Of a stretch of 64,000 nt of DNA, positions 12,191-23,692 are shown piece after piece. The first letter of the stretch is position 1, and each line of letters begins with the position of its first letter. The translations under genes and the position numbers were made by a program. A model generated the notes under the pieces. The model made no database searches. It worked only from the letters and a program-made list of their open reading frames with translations, and was not told where the DNA came from. The stretch is taken from the NCBI GenBank assembly GCA_965240325.2, contig OZ251234.1:1736001-1800000 (forward strand), given 5' to 3'. The stretch comes from Rebecca billardiae RCC1528. Taxonomy: Eukaryota; Protista; Haptophyta.

Positions 12191-12414
12191 GGTGTCGCTC
12201 GCCGCCGTTGCGGAACGTGTGATGTTGCCTCCCGCGGGCCCGCCTCCGGCTCGGGCGGCGGCGCCGGGCGGCGCGGCACCGAACTAAACTTAGCCCGCCA
12301 TTATTATGAGTATGGGGGTACTGGTAGAGTTAACCAAGTGTGCAGTAAACTGTACTCATCACGAGCCGCGTACGGTCATCATCAACAGTTTGGCGGGCCG
12401 TAGGTCCGCCCCTT

Positions 12415-12543
12415 GTAGTGCCCGGGAAAAAGATAAGAAAAAGAAAAGGAAAAAAGAAAATCGCCTCGCAAAGTAGAAAAGAAAATCGCTTCGCTCACTA
12501 CCGGGCGCCCTCGCAGCTCCCACTGGGGACGCTCGGCCGAAAA
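12415..12543. repeat. Dispersed repeat, copy 1; probable mobile-element terminus
   Basis: GTAGTGCCCGGGAAAAAGA-(A-rich)-AAAGAAAATCGCCTCGC...AAAATCGCTTCGCTCACTACCGGGCGCCCTCGCA...CTGGGGAC is shared with 27520-27671. Confidence 0.8.
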
Positions 12544-13223
12544 CCATATGGCGCCTGGCGCGGAGCGCGTGGGCCGCGCGCGCCGAATCCAACGCCGGCG
12601 CGGACATCGCGCGAGGATTCCCTAGACGGGTTTTCGCCCGATTCGCGATTGCTGCCCTCGTCGTCTCGCGTGCAGGTCGAACGGGGCCCAAATCGGACCG
12701 TTTGATGCGGTACGCTCGGCGCGTCGACACGATCGTGCGACTTGGGGCGATCCTCGCCCGACGTGCACGTCGAAAGCTCGCACCGGCCGTAGCATCATGC
12801 GCTGCGCACGATGACCGCCTCGCGCGATCCACCGTCGCGCGTCGGGCTCGGTGAGAGAAAGCCCTCATCACGAGGCGTCTCGCGGGCGGGAAGCGCCATC
12901 GCACGCGACGCAAGATTTGGCGCGGCCTTCTGAACTCGATCGCCGGAATCCGCGCACCGGACTCAGTCCTCGCTCGCGGTCCGGTCCCTCAGACGAAGCC
13001 CACGTCCGGCCTGCATGGCGTCGACGGTGACCAATGCGACGGAAGCGCAGCGCCAACGGCGTACGACGCGCAGCGGACGCACCTCCCGGGTCTGTCGCCG
13101 TGGCAGCAACCGCGTCATCGCGAGTTGGCGACCCTCGCCGCAGCGCGACACAGACAAGCCCGTGATGCCATCTGCAGAGAGACGGGACGTCGAGCATGCA
13201 ACATCGCCGCGCCATCCTCGTCC

Positions 13224-13758
13224 ATGGCGCAGGCGCTGCGGGACGAGGCGGACGTCGTCACGCCGGTGACGGATGCGCTGCGAATCGTGTGTTTGCTCGA
13301 GCAGCTCGTGCCCGCTCTCGATCGCGAGTGGCACACGCTGTCGCTGTGCGCGCGCGCGCACAACCAACAGCTCCTTGTGCCGCCGAACACGCAGGCGCCA
13401 GACCTGTCGCACGAGGCGAAGAGCGACGACCGCGCGAACGTCATCGCGCTCGTGCTCAGCGTGGCAGCCGTGCACGACGCCAACGCGACCTGCGCCGAGC
13501 CCATCATGCCCGGAGCAGACATCGGCAAGCATCCTCGCGACGACCGCTCTCGGCTGGCGGCAGGAGGACATGCACATGATCTACTCTGGCGGCTTCGTCG
13601 GCGGCGAGGCGCTCGATTACGCCATCGCGGTCGAGATGCGGCACATACAGTGCGTACCCGCGCTCGCGCGGAGCAACGGGCTACCCGCCCCGCCCCGCGC
13701 GCTGCACATTCCCTCGTGGGTGTGGGCCTCGCTGATGCGCCATAAGAGTACAGACTGA
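13224..13758 (+). pseudogene. Frameshifted coding remnant; 3' part weakly resembles the start of a Ulp1/C48 protease domain
   Basis: Protein-like sequence switches frame near 13540-13560. EDMHMIYSGGFVGGEALDYAI...LHIPSWVWASL loosely fits the Ulp1 pattern DLxxLxxGxWLNDxxIDFY...HxFxSFFxxxL. No catalytic triad is seen. Confidence 0.25.
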
Positions 13759-14141
13759 GACGTGTCACACGTCGGGGAGCCAACTTCACGTGTCATCACT
13801 GGTCCTTGCACTCGACTGTCCGTAACCCACGGCCACGAGCGAATGTGGAAAGACGCGAACCCGCAAAGGATACATTGCGACAGCACTGGCACGGCCCGCC
13901 GACTCCCCCGCCCGCCAGGGCACAGTTTTTTAAATTCCCCTTTATAACGGGCTCCGGGTGATCAGACTGGCGGCCGAAGCCTCCAGCCCTACCCTGGCCA
14001 GCCCCCAACCAACCACCACCCTCACCCAACCTCGTGTCTGTGATTATTACAAACGGCAGCCATGCTGACCCAGACCAGCAAAAGGCGTCTCGGGGTACGG
14101 GCGCCGGCGAGCATTTCGCTGCGGCGTCGACGTGCTAGCCG

Positions 14142-14345
14142 ACGGGCGTTAAGGACTTGTTGAAGGACTTGGCGCCCGTCTCGGAGGTGATCGGCGTTGA
14201 TGAGCTCGCTGGTAAGGCGTTCGCCGTCGACGCGAGCATCTGGATCCACCAGCTCGCCGCTGTCCGTGCTGATGTGCTCGAGGCGGGTGATCATGCAACG
14301 GCCTCTTCTTGTCGCGCACGCGACGGCCCCATCGCATGGGGCTGA
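14142..14345 (+). pseudogene. XPG/FEN1/EXO1-family 5' nuclease pseudogene (XPG-N fragment)
   Basis: (T)GVKDLLKDLAPVSEVIGVDELAGKAFAVDASIWIHQ matches the family N-terminus MGVKGL..L...L.GK..AVDASIWLHQ. The initiator codon reads ACG, there is a stop at 14343-14345, and downstream sequence is degenerate. Confidence 0.75.
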
Positions 14346-15834
14346 TTGCACAAGGTTGCCTGCGCGATAATGTTGCGACCGCGTTAGACTCGGCTGCTTG
14401 GAGCGATGCTGCGAATACGTGTGCGCGCCTGTCAACAGCGGGGCAATCCTTCACCGCGCGACTCCACTTGTTTCTGCGTGGGAACGATGGCGCAAGGGCA
14501 AGACCACACCCACCCGTGGCATTTGTAGCCTAGCGATCAGCCAGCTGTTCGGCGCGTGCCACGTGGCTGGCGCTGCTGCACCGCCAGCGGCGCGCGGGCT
14601 GCGCTTTCAGCGCACGGCAGCAGCTGTGGCTGCGACACACCGGTCGAGCCGCGACACGGTGCCTGCTGGCGCATGGCGGCGCATGATTCGTGCACAGCCA
14701 CGACACGGTACGGCAGGGCCGCTTGATCTGCTCGCGCGAGAGCCTCTGGGTGCCAGCTAGCAGGGGCGCCGCACACGCGCCCGCTCGCGCTGCGCAGCAG
14801 ACGGGCGCAGTGTTGCGGGTGCCGAGGGCTGCGCCCGCGTCGCACGAGTTGCTGTGCGCTGCTCGCGGGTGCTCGTGGGTGCTCGCTAAGGCGCGTGGAC
14901 GGTCAGGCCACCCAGCGGCCGACGCGCCTCGTCCGCTGCCGCGAGCACCCCCGCGCTGGCGACTGGCTGTGCCCGTCTGTAGCAGGTTGGCGGTGCATCG
15001 GACGGCGCGCGCCTGGCGAGTGCGCTCAGCGGCATGCTGCTGGACGGTGCACGCCAGGGTTTGCCCCCCACGCGAATATGAATCGCTCCTGGCAGGCTGG
15101 TAGCTTTTAGAGATGGACGACAGATTGCGCCGGGCGGGGCCGCGCTCGGCACCTGGTCGGCCGAGAATCACATCAGCGTGTCGCCGCACTGCATGTCTCT
15201 CATAATATCCGCACTGGAGCACAGTGCACGGCCGCCCGCGCAGCGGCGCCGCCGACAGCCCTGCGACTGGATGCAGCGCGGCAGGTATTAAAAAAAATGA
15301 GCAGAGAGCGTGGCAGCACCGCGCGCACGCACGGCGCAAGCAGCACGCGTACTCGCCGGATGCCCTTACACCTCCGCCACGTGCGCGTGACACGGCGGGC
15401 ACCGAGTCCGGGGCCACGCAGCCTGGCGAGTGCCGCACTAGCAGCAGATATAATATTAATATTGCGGCACTCTCCCTAGACCCTAGACCTAAGACCCCGT
15501 ACTCTATTGAATTAATTCGCGCGCCGGAGACGGCCCTTGGCCGGAGAGTATTAGATAGGCTCATCATATCAGGAGGGCTGCGCCCTCGTGCCTGTGCCTT
15601 TATCAGCATCATGTAACTAGTAGTAGCTATGGCGCGAACCGGCGCGGCGTCTGAAAAAAATAATCATCGGTTTTTTTCGAACATGTTCAAATCCGGCCGC
15701 CACCCGGTGCGGCCTGCGGGGCGGAACCTTGGCAGCGCGATCTGCGCTGCTGCGTGTGGCGTCGGGAGCGATGCACTCACCGCCGAGCCACACCGGCCGC
15801 CCTTCCCGCCGCGAGCCAGCGGGGCACCTAGAGC

Positions 15835-16611
15835 TCACCACGAGCCTGACCAAGACTGCACGCCCACTCGGCCGCCGCCCTTGCGGTGGGGCGGCCCAAA
15901 CCAGGTAGTGGGTGCCCCATAGCCTGCGATGTAGGACGTGGCTCGATTGTCGAAGTCCTCCGTCGCGCGGTTCGCACGGCCGAACGTCGAAGCGAATGGT
16001 GGGTCGCCGTGGGGCGAGAGCGAGTTTCGCTTTGGCCGCGTCGCCAGCAGCGGCGTGCGCTTCACCTCGGCCTCCAGGTCCCGCAGAAAGGACGGGTTCT
16101 CGCGCTGCGCGTCGGCATGCCACGTGGCCAGCGGGCTGTTCGGCTTGGCATGGCGGACGACCGTCGCCTTCGACCAGAATGCGCGCATGCGCTCCGGGTC
16201 CGGCTCCGGCTCAGGCGCCGTGTACGGACGGTGCTGCACGGTTGCGGGCCGTTCCACGTTGCCGATGTCGCGCAGCGTGAAGAGCTGGTGGTGCTTCGTG
16301 TACGGCATCGAGCCCGTGCCCTGCGGGTCCGTCTTCGCGTACGCGGTCCACGGCTGCCGGTCGGAGAACCCGATCGTCGACGGCAGCATGTACTGGGGGC
16401 CCGGCGAAAAGTGCCCGCGCAGAGTGACCGTGTGCCGCTTGCCCATGTACTGCACCTCCGCCGCACGCTCGCGGCCGATCTTCATCGCCGGCGTAGATGG
16501 CTGGCCCCAGGAGGGGTAGACCGGCGAATGCGTATGTTTGTCAAAGTCCGAGTACACGCGGTACTTCGGCCCGGGCGACGCGAGCCCGAGCATCGCTCCC
16601 GGCACGGACAT
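15835..16611 (-). CDS. PG-rich (SPGPxY, ODF3/SHIPPO-repeat-like) protein, probably ciliary
   Basis: Two SPGPxY motifs (ASPGPKY, FSPGPQYMLPSTIG) with intervening P-x-x-x-G motifs. ATG at 16611. Confidence 0.55.
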   Translation of the reverse strand: MSVPGAMLGLASPGPKYRVYSDFDKHTHSPVYPSWGQPSTPAMKIGRERAAEVQYMGKRHTVTLRGHFSPGPQYMLPSTIGFSDRQPWTAYAKTDPQGTGSMPYTKHHQLFTLRDIGNVERPATVQHRPYTAPEPEPDPERMRAFWSKATVVRHAKPNSPLATWHADAQRENPSFLRDLEAEVKRTPLLATRPKRNSLSPHGDPPFASTFGRANRATEDFDNRATSYIAGYGAPTTWFGPPHRKGGGRVGVQSWSGSW

Positions 16612-16824
16612 CCCTGGCCGCGCGCACCCCGACCTCCCGAGAGCTGTGCGGTGCGCCCAGTTGGCAAACACGGCCCGCGCGCCGAGTAAGCACACGTAAC
16701 GACGGAATAGTCTGCTGCGCTGTTCGTGAATCGTGACAAAAAAAACGACCATCGAGGCAAAATGCCCGGATCCAGATCGCAAGTTCGGTCGTGCGCCTGA
16801 AGAACTCGGCTGTGTGCGGGCACG

Positions 16825-18009
16825 ATGGCGCGTGCGTTGGGAGGACTGCTGCGCGCGTTGGGAGGACTGCTGCTATTAACAGGCTACGACCGCGCGAGCG
16901 CTCGGCCTAGCGCGCGCGTCGATCACCACATGGCGCCAAAACATAAGCGCCCCGTGAGCACGCCCGCATTCCGATCCGTGCTCATGACTGGCGGGAGCGG
17001 CTACGTGGGGCGATTCCTGATCGACGCCATCGCGAGCAGGCTGAGTGGGGTGCAGCTGCACTGCGCACATGGGTCTGACCCGGCATTCGCGCTCGACTTC
17101 GCCAAGCAGTGCACGAGCATCTCCATGTTCAACCTCACCGTGGGGGCGGACGTGCGCCGCATCTTCACGCACGCCCGGCCGGACCTTGTGATCCACTTGG
17201 CCGCGCTCTCAGACCCGGGCTACTGCGAGCAGCATGCGAGCGCATGTGAGGCGGTGAACATCCCGCGCCACTTGCTCATGGCGGTCCGCGCTGCCAACGC
17301 GTCGATGATCACCTTCTCCTCCGAGCATGTGTACTCGGGCGCCCTGAACGAGCTGCGCAGTGGGAAGCACCGCGGCTCCGCGGGGGCGGCGTTGTACAGT
17401 GAAGATGACCCAACTCATCCGGTGTGCGTCTACGGCCGGACCAAGGTCGCGCTTGAGCAGGAGGCGCTCAAGATGCTGCCTGGGCGCGTGATCGTGCTTC
17501 GGCTCTCCAGCGTGCTCGGCCCAGTCTCGCGCGGGCGCAGCGCGAAGCAGTCGTACGTTCAGCTCGTGCAGCGCATGCTGAGTAAGGAGAAGGTGTTCCG
17601 CGCCTTCAACGACGAGCAGCGCTCGTTCACGTGGGTGGAGGACGTGGAGCGGGTGGTCGTGCTGCTGATGCAGCGCGGTTGGACGAGGGTGCAGGGCGGG
17701 ATCTACAACCTGGGCTCGGCGCCGCCCGCGATCTACACGCGCGAGAGGCTCGCGAGGGCGATCGCGCAGCAGCTGCTCGGCACGCGGAACGGCTCTCGCG
17801 CCGTGATCGGCGTGAAGCGCGACCCGGCCATGTTCCCGGTCGCATCGCCGCCCAACGCCGCGATGGACAGCACGCACATCAGCCTCATGACGGGCTTGGA
17901 GCTCTCCAACATCCTCCAGCAGATTCGGCGAGAAGTTTCCCGGCAGGCGAGGCGGCGGCTCAATAACGGCTGGACGCCTCTGGCGTCGCCGAGCATGCAC
18001 GGTAGCTAG
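16825..18009 (+). CDS. RmlD/MAT2B-like extended SDR (dTDP-4-dehydrorhamnose reductase family)
   Basis: VLMTGGSGYVG Rossmann motif, PDLVIHLAALS, SSEHVYSG, YSEDDPTHPVCVYGRTK (YxxxK), FNDEQRSFTWVEDV and GIYNLG. Confidence 0.88.
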   Translation: MARALGGLLRALGGLLLLTGYDRASARPSARVDHHMAPKHKRPVSTPAFRSVLMTGGSGYVGRFLIDAIASRLSGVQLHCAHGSDPAFALDFAKQCTSISMFNLTVGADVRRIFTHARPDLVIHLAALSDPGYCEQHASACEAVNIPRHLLMAVRAANASMITFSSEHVYSGALNELRSGKHRGSAGAALYSEDDPTHPVCVYGRTKVALEQEALKMLPGRVIVLRLSSVLGPVSRGRSAKQSYVQLVQRMLSKEKVFRAFNDEQRSFTWVEDVERVVVLLMQRGWTRVQGGIYNLGSAPPAIYTRERLARAIAQQLLGTRNGSRAVIGVKRDPAMFPVASPPNAAMDSTHISLMTGLELSNILQQIRREVSRQARRRLNNGWTPLASPSMHGS

Positions 18010-18165
18010 GCACCAGGCGGCAGCTTGTTGAATCTTGACGGTTATTGGCCCCAGACCTGGCCCCCATCAGTAGCCAGTGCCAGTAGTGCGTGTCACAGTA
18101 TCAAGCCAGCATCAGCGCTTGCCCGGACGGTCCAGAGTGGGGAGCAGATCGATCGAGCAGCAGAG

Positions 18166-18318
<153 letters not shown>

Positions 18319-18529
18319 TGTCGTCGTAATATTCTATCTGCTCGGTCAAGGTCGCCGCCCGGGTTATGTATGGATGACAGACTCACGAGTCACTCATCAC
18401 GCGACTGATGGTCAACTAGGCTTCGCGTCGCTGTGCGGTCATATCAGTGGCCTCGGATCCGCCATTCAGTGCAATGCTACGTACTGACGACACTAATATG
18501 TGGCGGCTGACATGCACATGCCTTATTCG

Positions 18530-18549
18530 ATATATATATATATATATAT
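18530..18549. repeat. (TA)n microsatellite
   Basis: Read directly from the sequence. Confidence 0.9.
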
Positions 18550-20525
18550 GCATTATTCAAAGCGCCCTGCATCATATAGTTACTAGATAGTACCAATGAG
18601 CGCTAAGCTATATATATTGATGTAATATTGGACACGCTGCGCCACTCAGGTGTCGTCAGCGCTAAGGCGGCTCAAGCGCGGCTCATCAGCGCGGCACACG
18701 GGTCGCCGCCACGCGCACCGAGCCCGTCATCGTGGGCGTACTGGCGTAGGAGTAGTGCCTAGTGGACACGGGACCGGGCCATCAGCCGCCGGTACTGCAC
18801 TCTACAGAGTCTACTACAGGGGGTAGCTTGAAACACGTCACTATCACGAGTTCCGGATCAGAATTAAGTTCAGACGAGTCAGAGACTGCGCCTGCCTAAG
18901 TATCAGCCTGTCCGAGCCTGAGCAGGTGACTGCTATTCGGCCCGGCTGTAGTGGGCCACGCATCCCCCATCTGGTGCGACCGCGCCAGGATAGTATTTGA
19001 GCTCATTACAACGACACGCGCGTAGCCGCGTACTCGCGCGCACCGGCCAGCCGCGGCTGCCTGGCCTGGCGGGGCTCGTCCCGGCGAAGAAGTTGACGTC
19101 ACTGCTGGCGTGAGATATGCAGCAAGAGCAGCGCGAGCACGAGCACGAGCAGCAGCAGGCGGAGCACGCAGGTGCTCCTCTGCTGCGAACACGTCACACA
19201 GTGGCTTGGCGCTACACCATACAGCACGTACGGCCGCCGCTCACGCTGCGCAGCCGGGAAAGACACAGCTCGTGCTGGTGCGGGCAGCTGCAAGCGGCCA
19301 CCACCGCAGCCGCGGCGCGCGCGCGGACGCCACTGCGCGCGTGCAGAGCTGCAACTGACGCGAGTGGCGCGACGAGCACGGCGCACAGCGTGCCGCTGCG
19401 CGCATGCGCTGATGAGCGCATGTTGACGCACCGCGCTCCGAGGTCACCCGACGCGCGCGCGGCGCGCGTGGCGGCGCGCCACTGCAGCCGCACCAAATGG
19501 CACGCGCGCGTGGCATGCGCGCGTGACTGCGGCGGAAGCGGTGCTGAGGCACCTGTGCGCGCGCACCGCGAGCGTGCGCCGCACCGCTGCCACGTGCGGC
19601 GCTCCCAACCGGCCAACTCCCCACCGCGCGCGTGCGCGCATGCACGCAGGCTGCACGCACGCGCGCTTCGTGGCGCGCAGGCCGCTGCAGTAAAGGCGGT
19701 CGCCCGGCACATGCTGAGCACGCTGCAGCGCGAGCTTGCGCCACACGCTCGCGCGCCGGCGCCGCGCTCGCGCCGCGCTGCCCACCCACCGCGTGCGCAG
19801 GCCAGCGCCGCAGCACTGGGTAACGCAGCGACGGGCGCGCACGGATTTGGCGCGCTCTGACGATCGCCCCGCTCGAGCGCGGGCCGCGGGGAATGCAGCC
19901 GTAGCCAGTTGTCAAGGCGGTCGGCAGCGGTTCGGGCCCAGCACCGCGGCGTGCACCGTATAACTAAAGCACTGATGCCGGTGGTGCGGATGCGCGCCCG
20001 CCGCCACGTCGTCGTCAGCAGTACCAAGTAGCGTAAAAGGCACTAAAAGCAGTGCGGTCATGATGAACATCCGGCAATCAGCACCGTTCACCGAAATTTG
20101 GTGAATTTGCTAATGAATGATGTGTCGAACTATGACTATGATGACTGGCGACGGCCTCATAATGACTGGATATCACAATAGTCATAAGACGAGGTAATTG
20201 ACGTGTTACTGAATAACGTCGTTTCAGTGCCGAGCAGCTGTATGTTGCAAATGAATACGCCAACACGGAGTAAAGTTACCGGTAGATGACGGGTCTCGTC
20301 AATACATATACGAGAAGCTTGTTGCCGACTGCCGTTGTCATTACTGAACACTGATGACGACAATTGGCCTGAGACTAATCACGTCGTTCACCAATTATAA
20401 CTATTATAAAGACATTGCGCCGCCGGGCTTATGGTCTCTGGCGGGAAGGATTTCGTCCTTTCGAGGGGGAGACACGCCCAGCCCTCCGACGCGCGCAAGA
20501 CGCCCAGCATCTTGCGTGGCGAGTG

Positions 20526-23483
20526 ATGCATATGCACGTCCCTTTTTCTGGCGTGGCCCGTGCGGCACGGGTCACAGCGACGACGCCTTCGCCCGAGACG
20601 CACGCCGCAGAGCGCGCGGACCCCGCGGGTGCTGCCTCGGCCGGCGACGTGGGATCGCACGGCGACGCGCTCTGGCGCGAAGACGTGCCGCTGAACCTCA
20701 GCCTGCCCGACGCGGACTGGTGGGGTGACTGGGTGGACGCGGAGCTCGAAGGCGCGTACCGGCGGGAGAGCATGCTGCCCGACCTCGGCACGTACTTCAT
20801 GCGCGGTGCCGTCGGCATCCTGTGCATTTCCACGCTCTTCGCGATCGTGAGCTACGTCTCGTTTGGCGTCGGCTTCAAGCTCACGCTTGCGGCGACGTCG
20901 TGGGTCATCGCACTCTGCGGCGTGCTCTTCGCGCTCGTGCAGAGGCGGCTGAAGCTGTCTCTCGGGGTCGTCGAGGCGGCGATCATCGCGCTCCTCGTCG
21001 TCTTCACCTCCGTGCCGATCACGCCCGAGCGGCTTGCCAACCTGCTCGAGCGCGCGAGCGACGCGGTGCAGGTGCGCGTTGAGTCGGAGGCGGACATGCT
21101 GGTCGTGACGATGCGCTTCGCCATCGTGCTCTTCTACTGCGCCATCTTCATCCCGCTCCGCCCGCGCCGCTTCGGCGTCTTCATCGGCTGCTCGTGGCTC
21201 GCGCAGGTCTCGCAGCAGCTCCTCCTCGCGCCGGGCTCGACCGCCGCCAACGTGCGCGACTCGCTCAGCATCTCGCTCGCGATGGCGCTCGCGTTCCACG
21301 CGCGGCAGCACATCTTCAAGATCGACCGCGCGCAGTGGCACTTCCACCGCCGCGTGCGCGGCGCCATGCTCGAGCGAACCGAGCAGGAGCGCGCGCACGT
21401 GCGCGAGCGCCTCGAGCTCGCCGAGGTGAGGGCGGGCAAGGAGGCACGCTCGCGGCTCATCCGCGTCGCGATGCACGACCTGCGCAGCCCGCTGCTCTCG
21501 TTGCACTCGATCTCGCAGGCGCTGCAGGCGAGGGACCAGGCGCAGCCGCTCTCTACCATCAGCGAGGTGCTCGGCATGCTCGGCGCGCTCTCCCAGCTCA
21601 TGGAGGCCGTCGTCTCGGACATGCTCGACTTTGAGCGGATCGACTCAGGGCGGATCACGCTCGTGAAGCAGCCCTTCTGCATCTCGGAGGTGCTCGACAA
21701 CGCGCGCGCCACGTTCGCCGCCGTCGCCGCGGCGGAGGGCGTCGAGCTGCGCATCGAGCCGCTGCCCGACGACCTCGCGGCTCCGCGGCGCTTCGAGGGC
21801 GATGCCCGCCGGCTCTCGCAGGCGCTCAACAACGGCTGCAGCAACGCGATCAAGTTCACGGACCGCGGCGGCGCGGTGACGGTGCGCGCGTGGTGCGCGC
21901 CGTCATCGCCAGCCGAGGCAACGCCCCGCGCGCGGGGCCGCGGCTGGCACGAGGTGCACATCGACGTGGTGGATACGGGCGCGGGCCTGTCCGCCGCCGA
22001 GCTGCGCACGCTGCAGGACGGCGGCATCTTCACGCAGGTCGGCCGCGGCCAGCTGCAGGGCAACGGCGGCACGGGCCTCGGGCTCTCGATCGCCAAGGAG
22101 CTGCTCAAGCTGCACGACAACTCGGAGCTGCGGCTGCGCTCGGACGGGGAGGGGAAGGGCACACACTTCGAGATGGTGCTGATGCTCAGGGGCGCGCCGC
22201 CACTCGCGCATCCCGACTCGGCGGGTGTCCGGCCCGCGCACGCGGCTGTCCCCGGCGCCACGGCCGACGGCGACTCGGACCTCTCACGGAGGGGACGCCT
22301 CTCGTCGCTGCTGGCGTCGATCCGGCCGCGCGGCGCTCCTTTCACCGAGCCGATCGGGCGGCGGACAAGTGCCCCAGCGCGAGAGGATGGCGAGTCTCGA
22401 AGCTCTGCGCCAGACCGCGTGCAGGCCGCGCGCACTCCGCCGCACAGCGACCCGCTCACGGATCGGGACTTGGTCAAGGGTGGGCGCAGGCACCCCGCAC
22501 GCGCCAACCCGCCGAGCCTCCAGAGGCGTCTGCGGGGCGGCGCCGACGGCCCCGCGCCGGCGGACGCGCGCGGCGGCGGCGAGAGAGGCACCGAGCCCAG
22601 CGGCGCTGCCGACCCGTCAGCCGCGCGCAAAGCGCGCGCGGCGTCGGGCCACTGGTCAGCGCAGTTTGGAGCGCACTCGCGGTCGGCCGCCTCGCCGCCC
22701 GGCAGCCGCGGCGGCGTGCTCGCGCCGCGAGCAGCGCGCGGCAGCGTCGGCAGCACGGCGCCTGGGCCGTCCGCGTCGGAAGAGGGTGCGCACGGCGTGC
22801 GCTGCCTCCACGTCGAGGTGAGCGCCGGGCAGGCGCCATCGCTGCGCCGCGCCCGTGCGCCGTGGCCCGATGCGCCTGCGCACGCGACGGCCCGAACGCA
22901 CGCCCGCGCGTGCTGATCGTCTCCGCCCCACCCCCCTCTCTCCCCTCTGTCGGTGCCAACCGCCTGCCCGGCCCGGCCCGCCGCGCCCGCGCGCTCGCAG
23001 GACGACAAGTTCGTGCAGATGACGCTGCCGCTCTCCACGTTCGAGCTCGTCGGCGTCGAGTACGACACGGCGGACGACGGCGAGCAGGCGGTGCAGATGG
23101 CGGCGGCGCGGCGGTACGACCTCGTCCTCATGGATAATCAGATGCCCAAGCTCACGGGCGCGCAGGCGGCGCGCGAGCTGCGGCGGCGCGGCTTCACGGG
23201 CCGGATCATCGGCATCACGGGCGACCCCGAGGGCTCGGAGGACCGGCGGGAGTTCGAGCAGTCCGGGCTGGACGCGTGCGTCGACAAGACGAGCGACGGC
23301 ACAGACTTCATCGTGCAAGAGCTGCGCACGCTCGCTGCGGCCGCCGCCGAGCTGGCGCGCGTGTCGACGGTGGCCGAGGAGCAAGCCCGCGCGCCGGGAC
23401 TGCCATCCGCGGCGCGGGACGAGCCGGAGCCAGCGGCGGCGGCGTCGGCGGAGACAACATCTCACCCGCACTGCTGCGCGTGA
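20526..23483 (+). CDS. Membrane-bound hybrid histidine kinase 2 (multi-TM, HisKA, HATPase_c, linker, REC); exons 20526-22817 and 23001-23483
   Basis: AMHDLRSPLL, DMLDFERIDSG, NGCSNAIKF, DTGAGL and GTGLGL. The receiver LHVE|DD is rebuilt across GT-AG intron 22818-23000, followed by MDNQMP, IIGITG and VDK. The start codon is approximate. Confidence 0.92.
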
Positions 23484-23692
23484 CAGGCGCGCTGCCCTCA
23501 TCCGCCACGGGCCTTGATGCAGGCAGGCGGACGGGCGCGGGAGCAGAATGATTAGGATTTAGATAGTGCTGGCACCGCCTTGCAAAAGCAATTATAAATA
23601 ATTGGATGCGCGCTGCAGCAGGCGAATTAGTCGTAGAAGACGACGATGGCGGCTCACGCCGCGCTGTACGGCACATTCGCTGCTTCCCGGTC

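Noticed and set aside
15474-15498. CCCTAGACCCTAGACCTAAGACCCC as an interstitial telomere repeat
   Set aside because: Only about three degenerate units, and they do not match CCCTAA or CCCTAAA.
18896-20027. Overlapping ORFs in a GCGC-rich stretch
   Set aside because: No frame has protein-like composition or motifs, and no termini or TSD were found to call an element.
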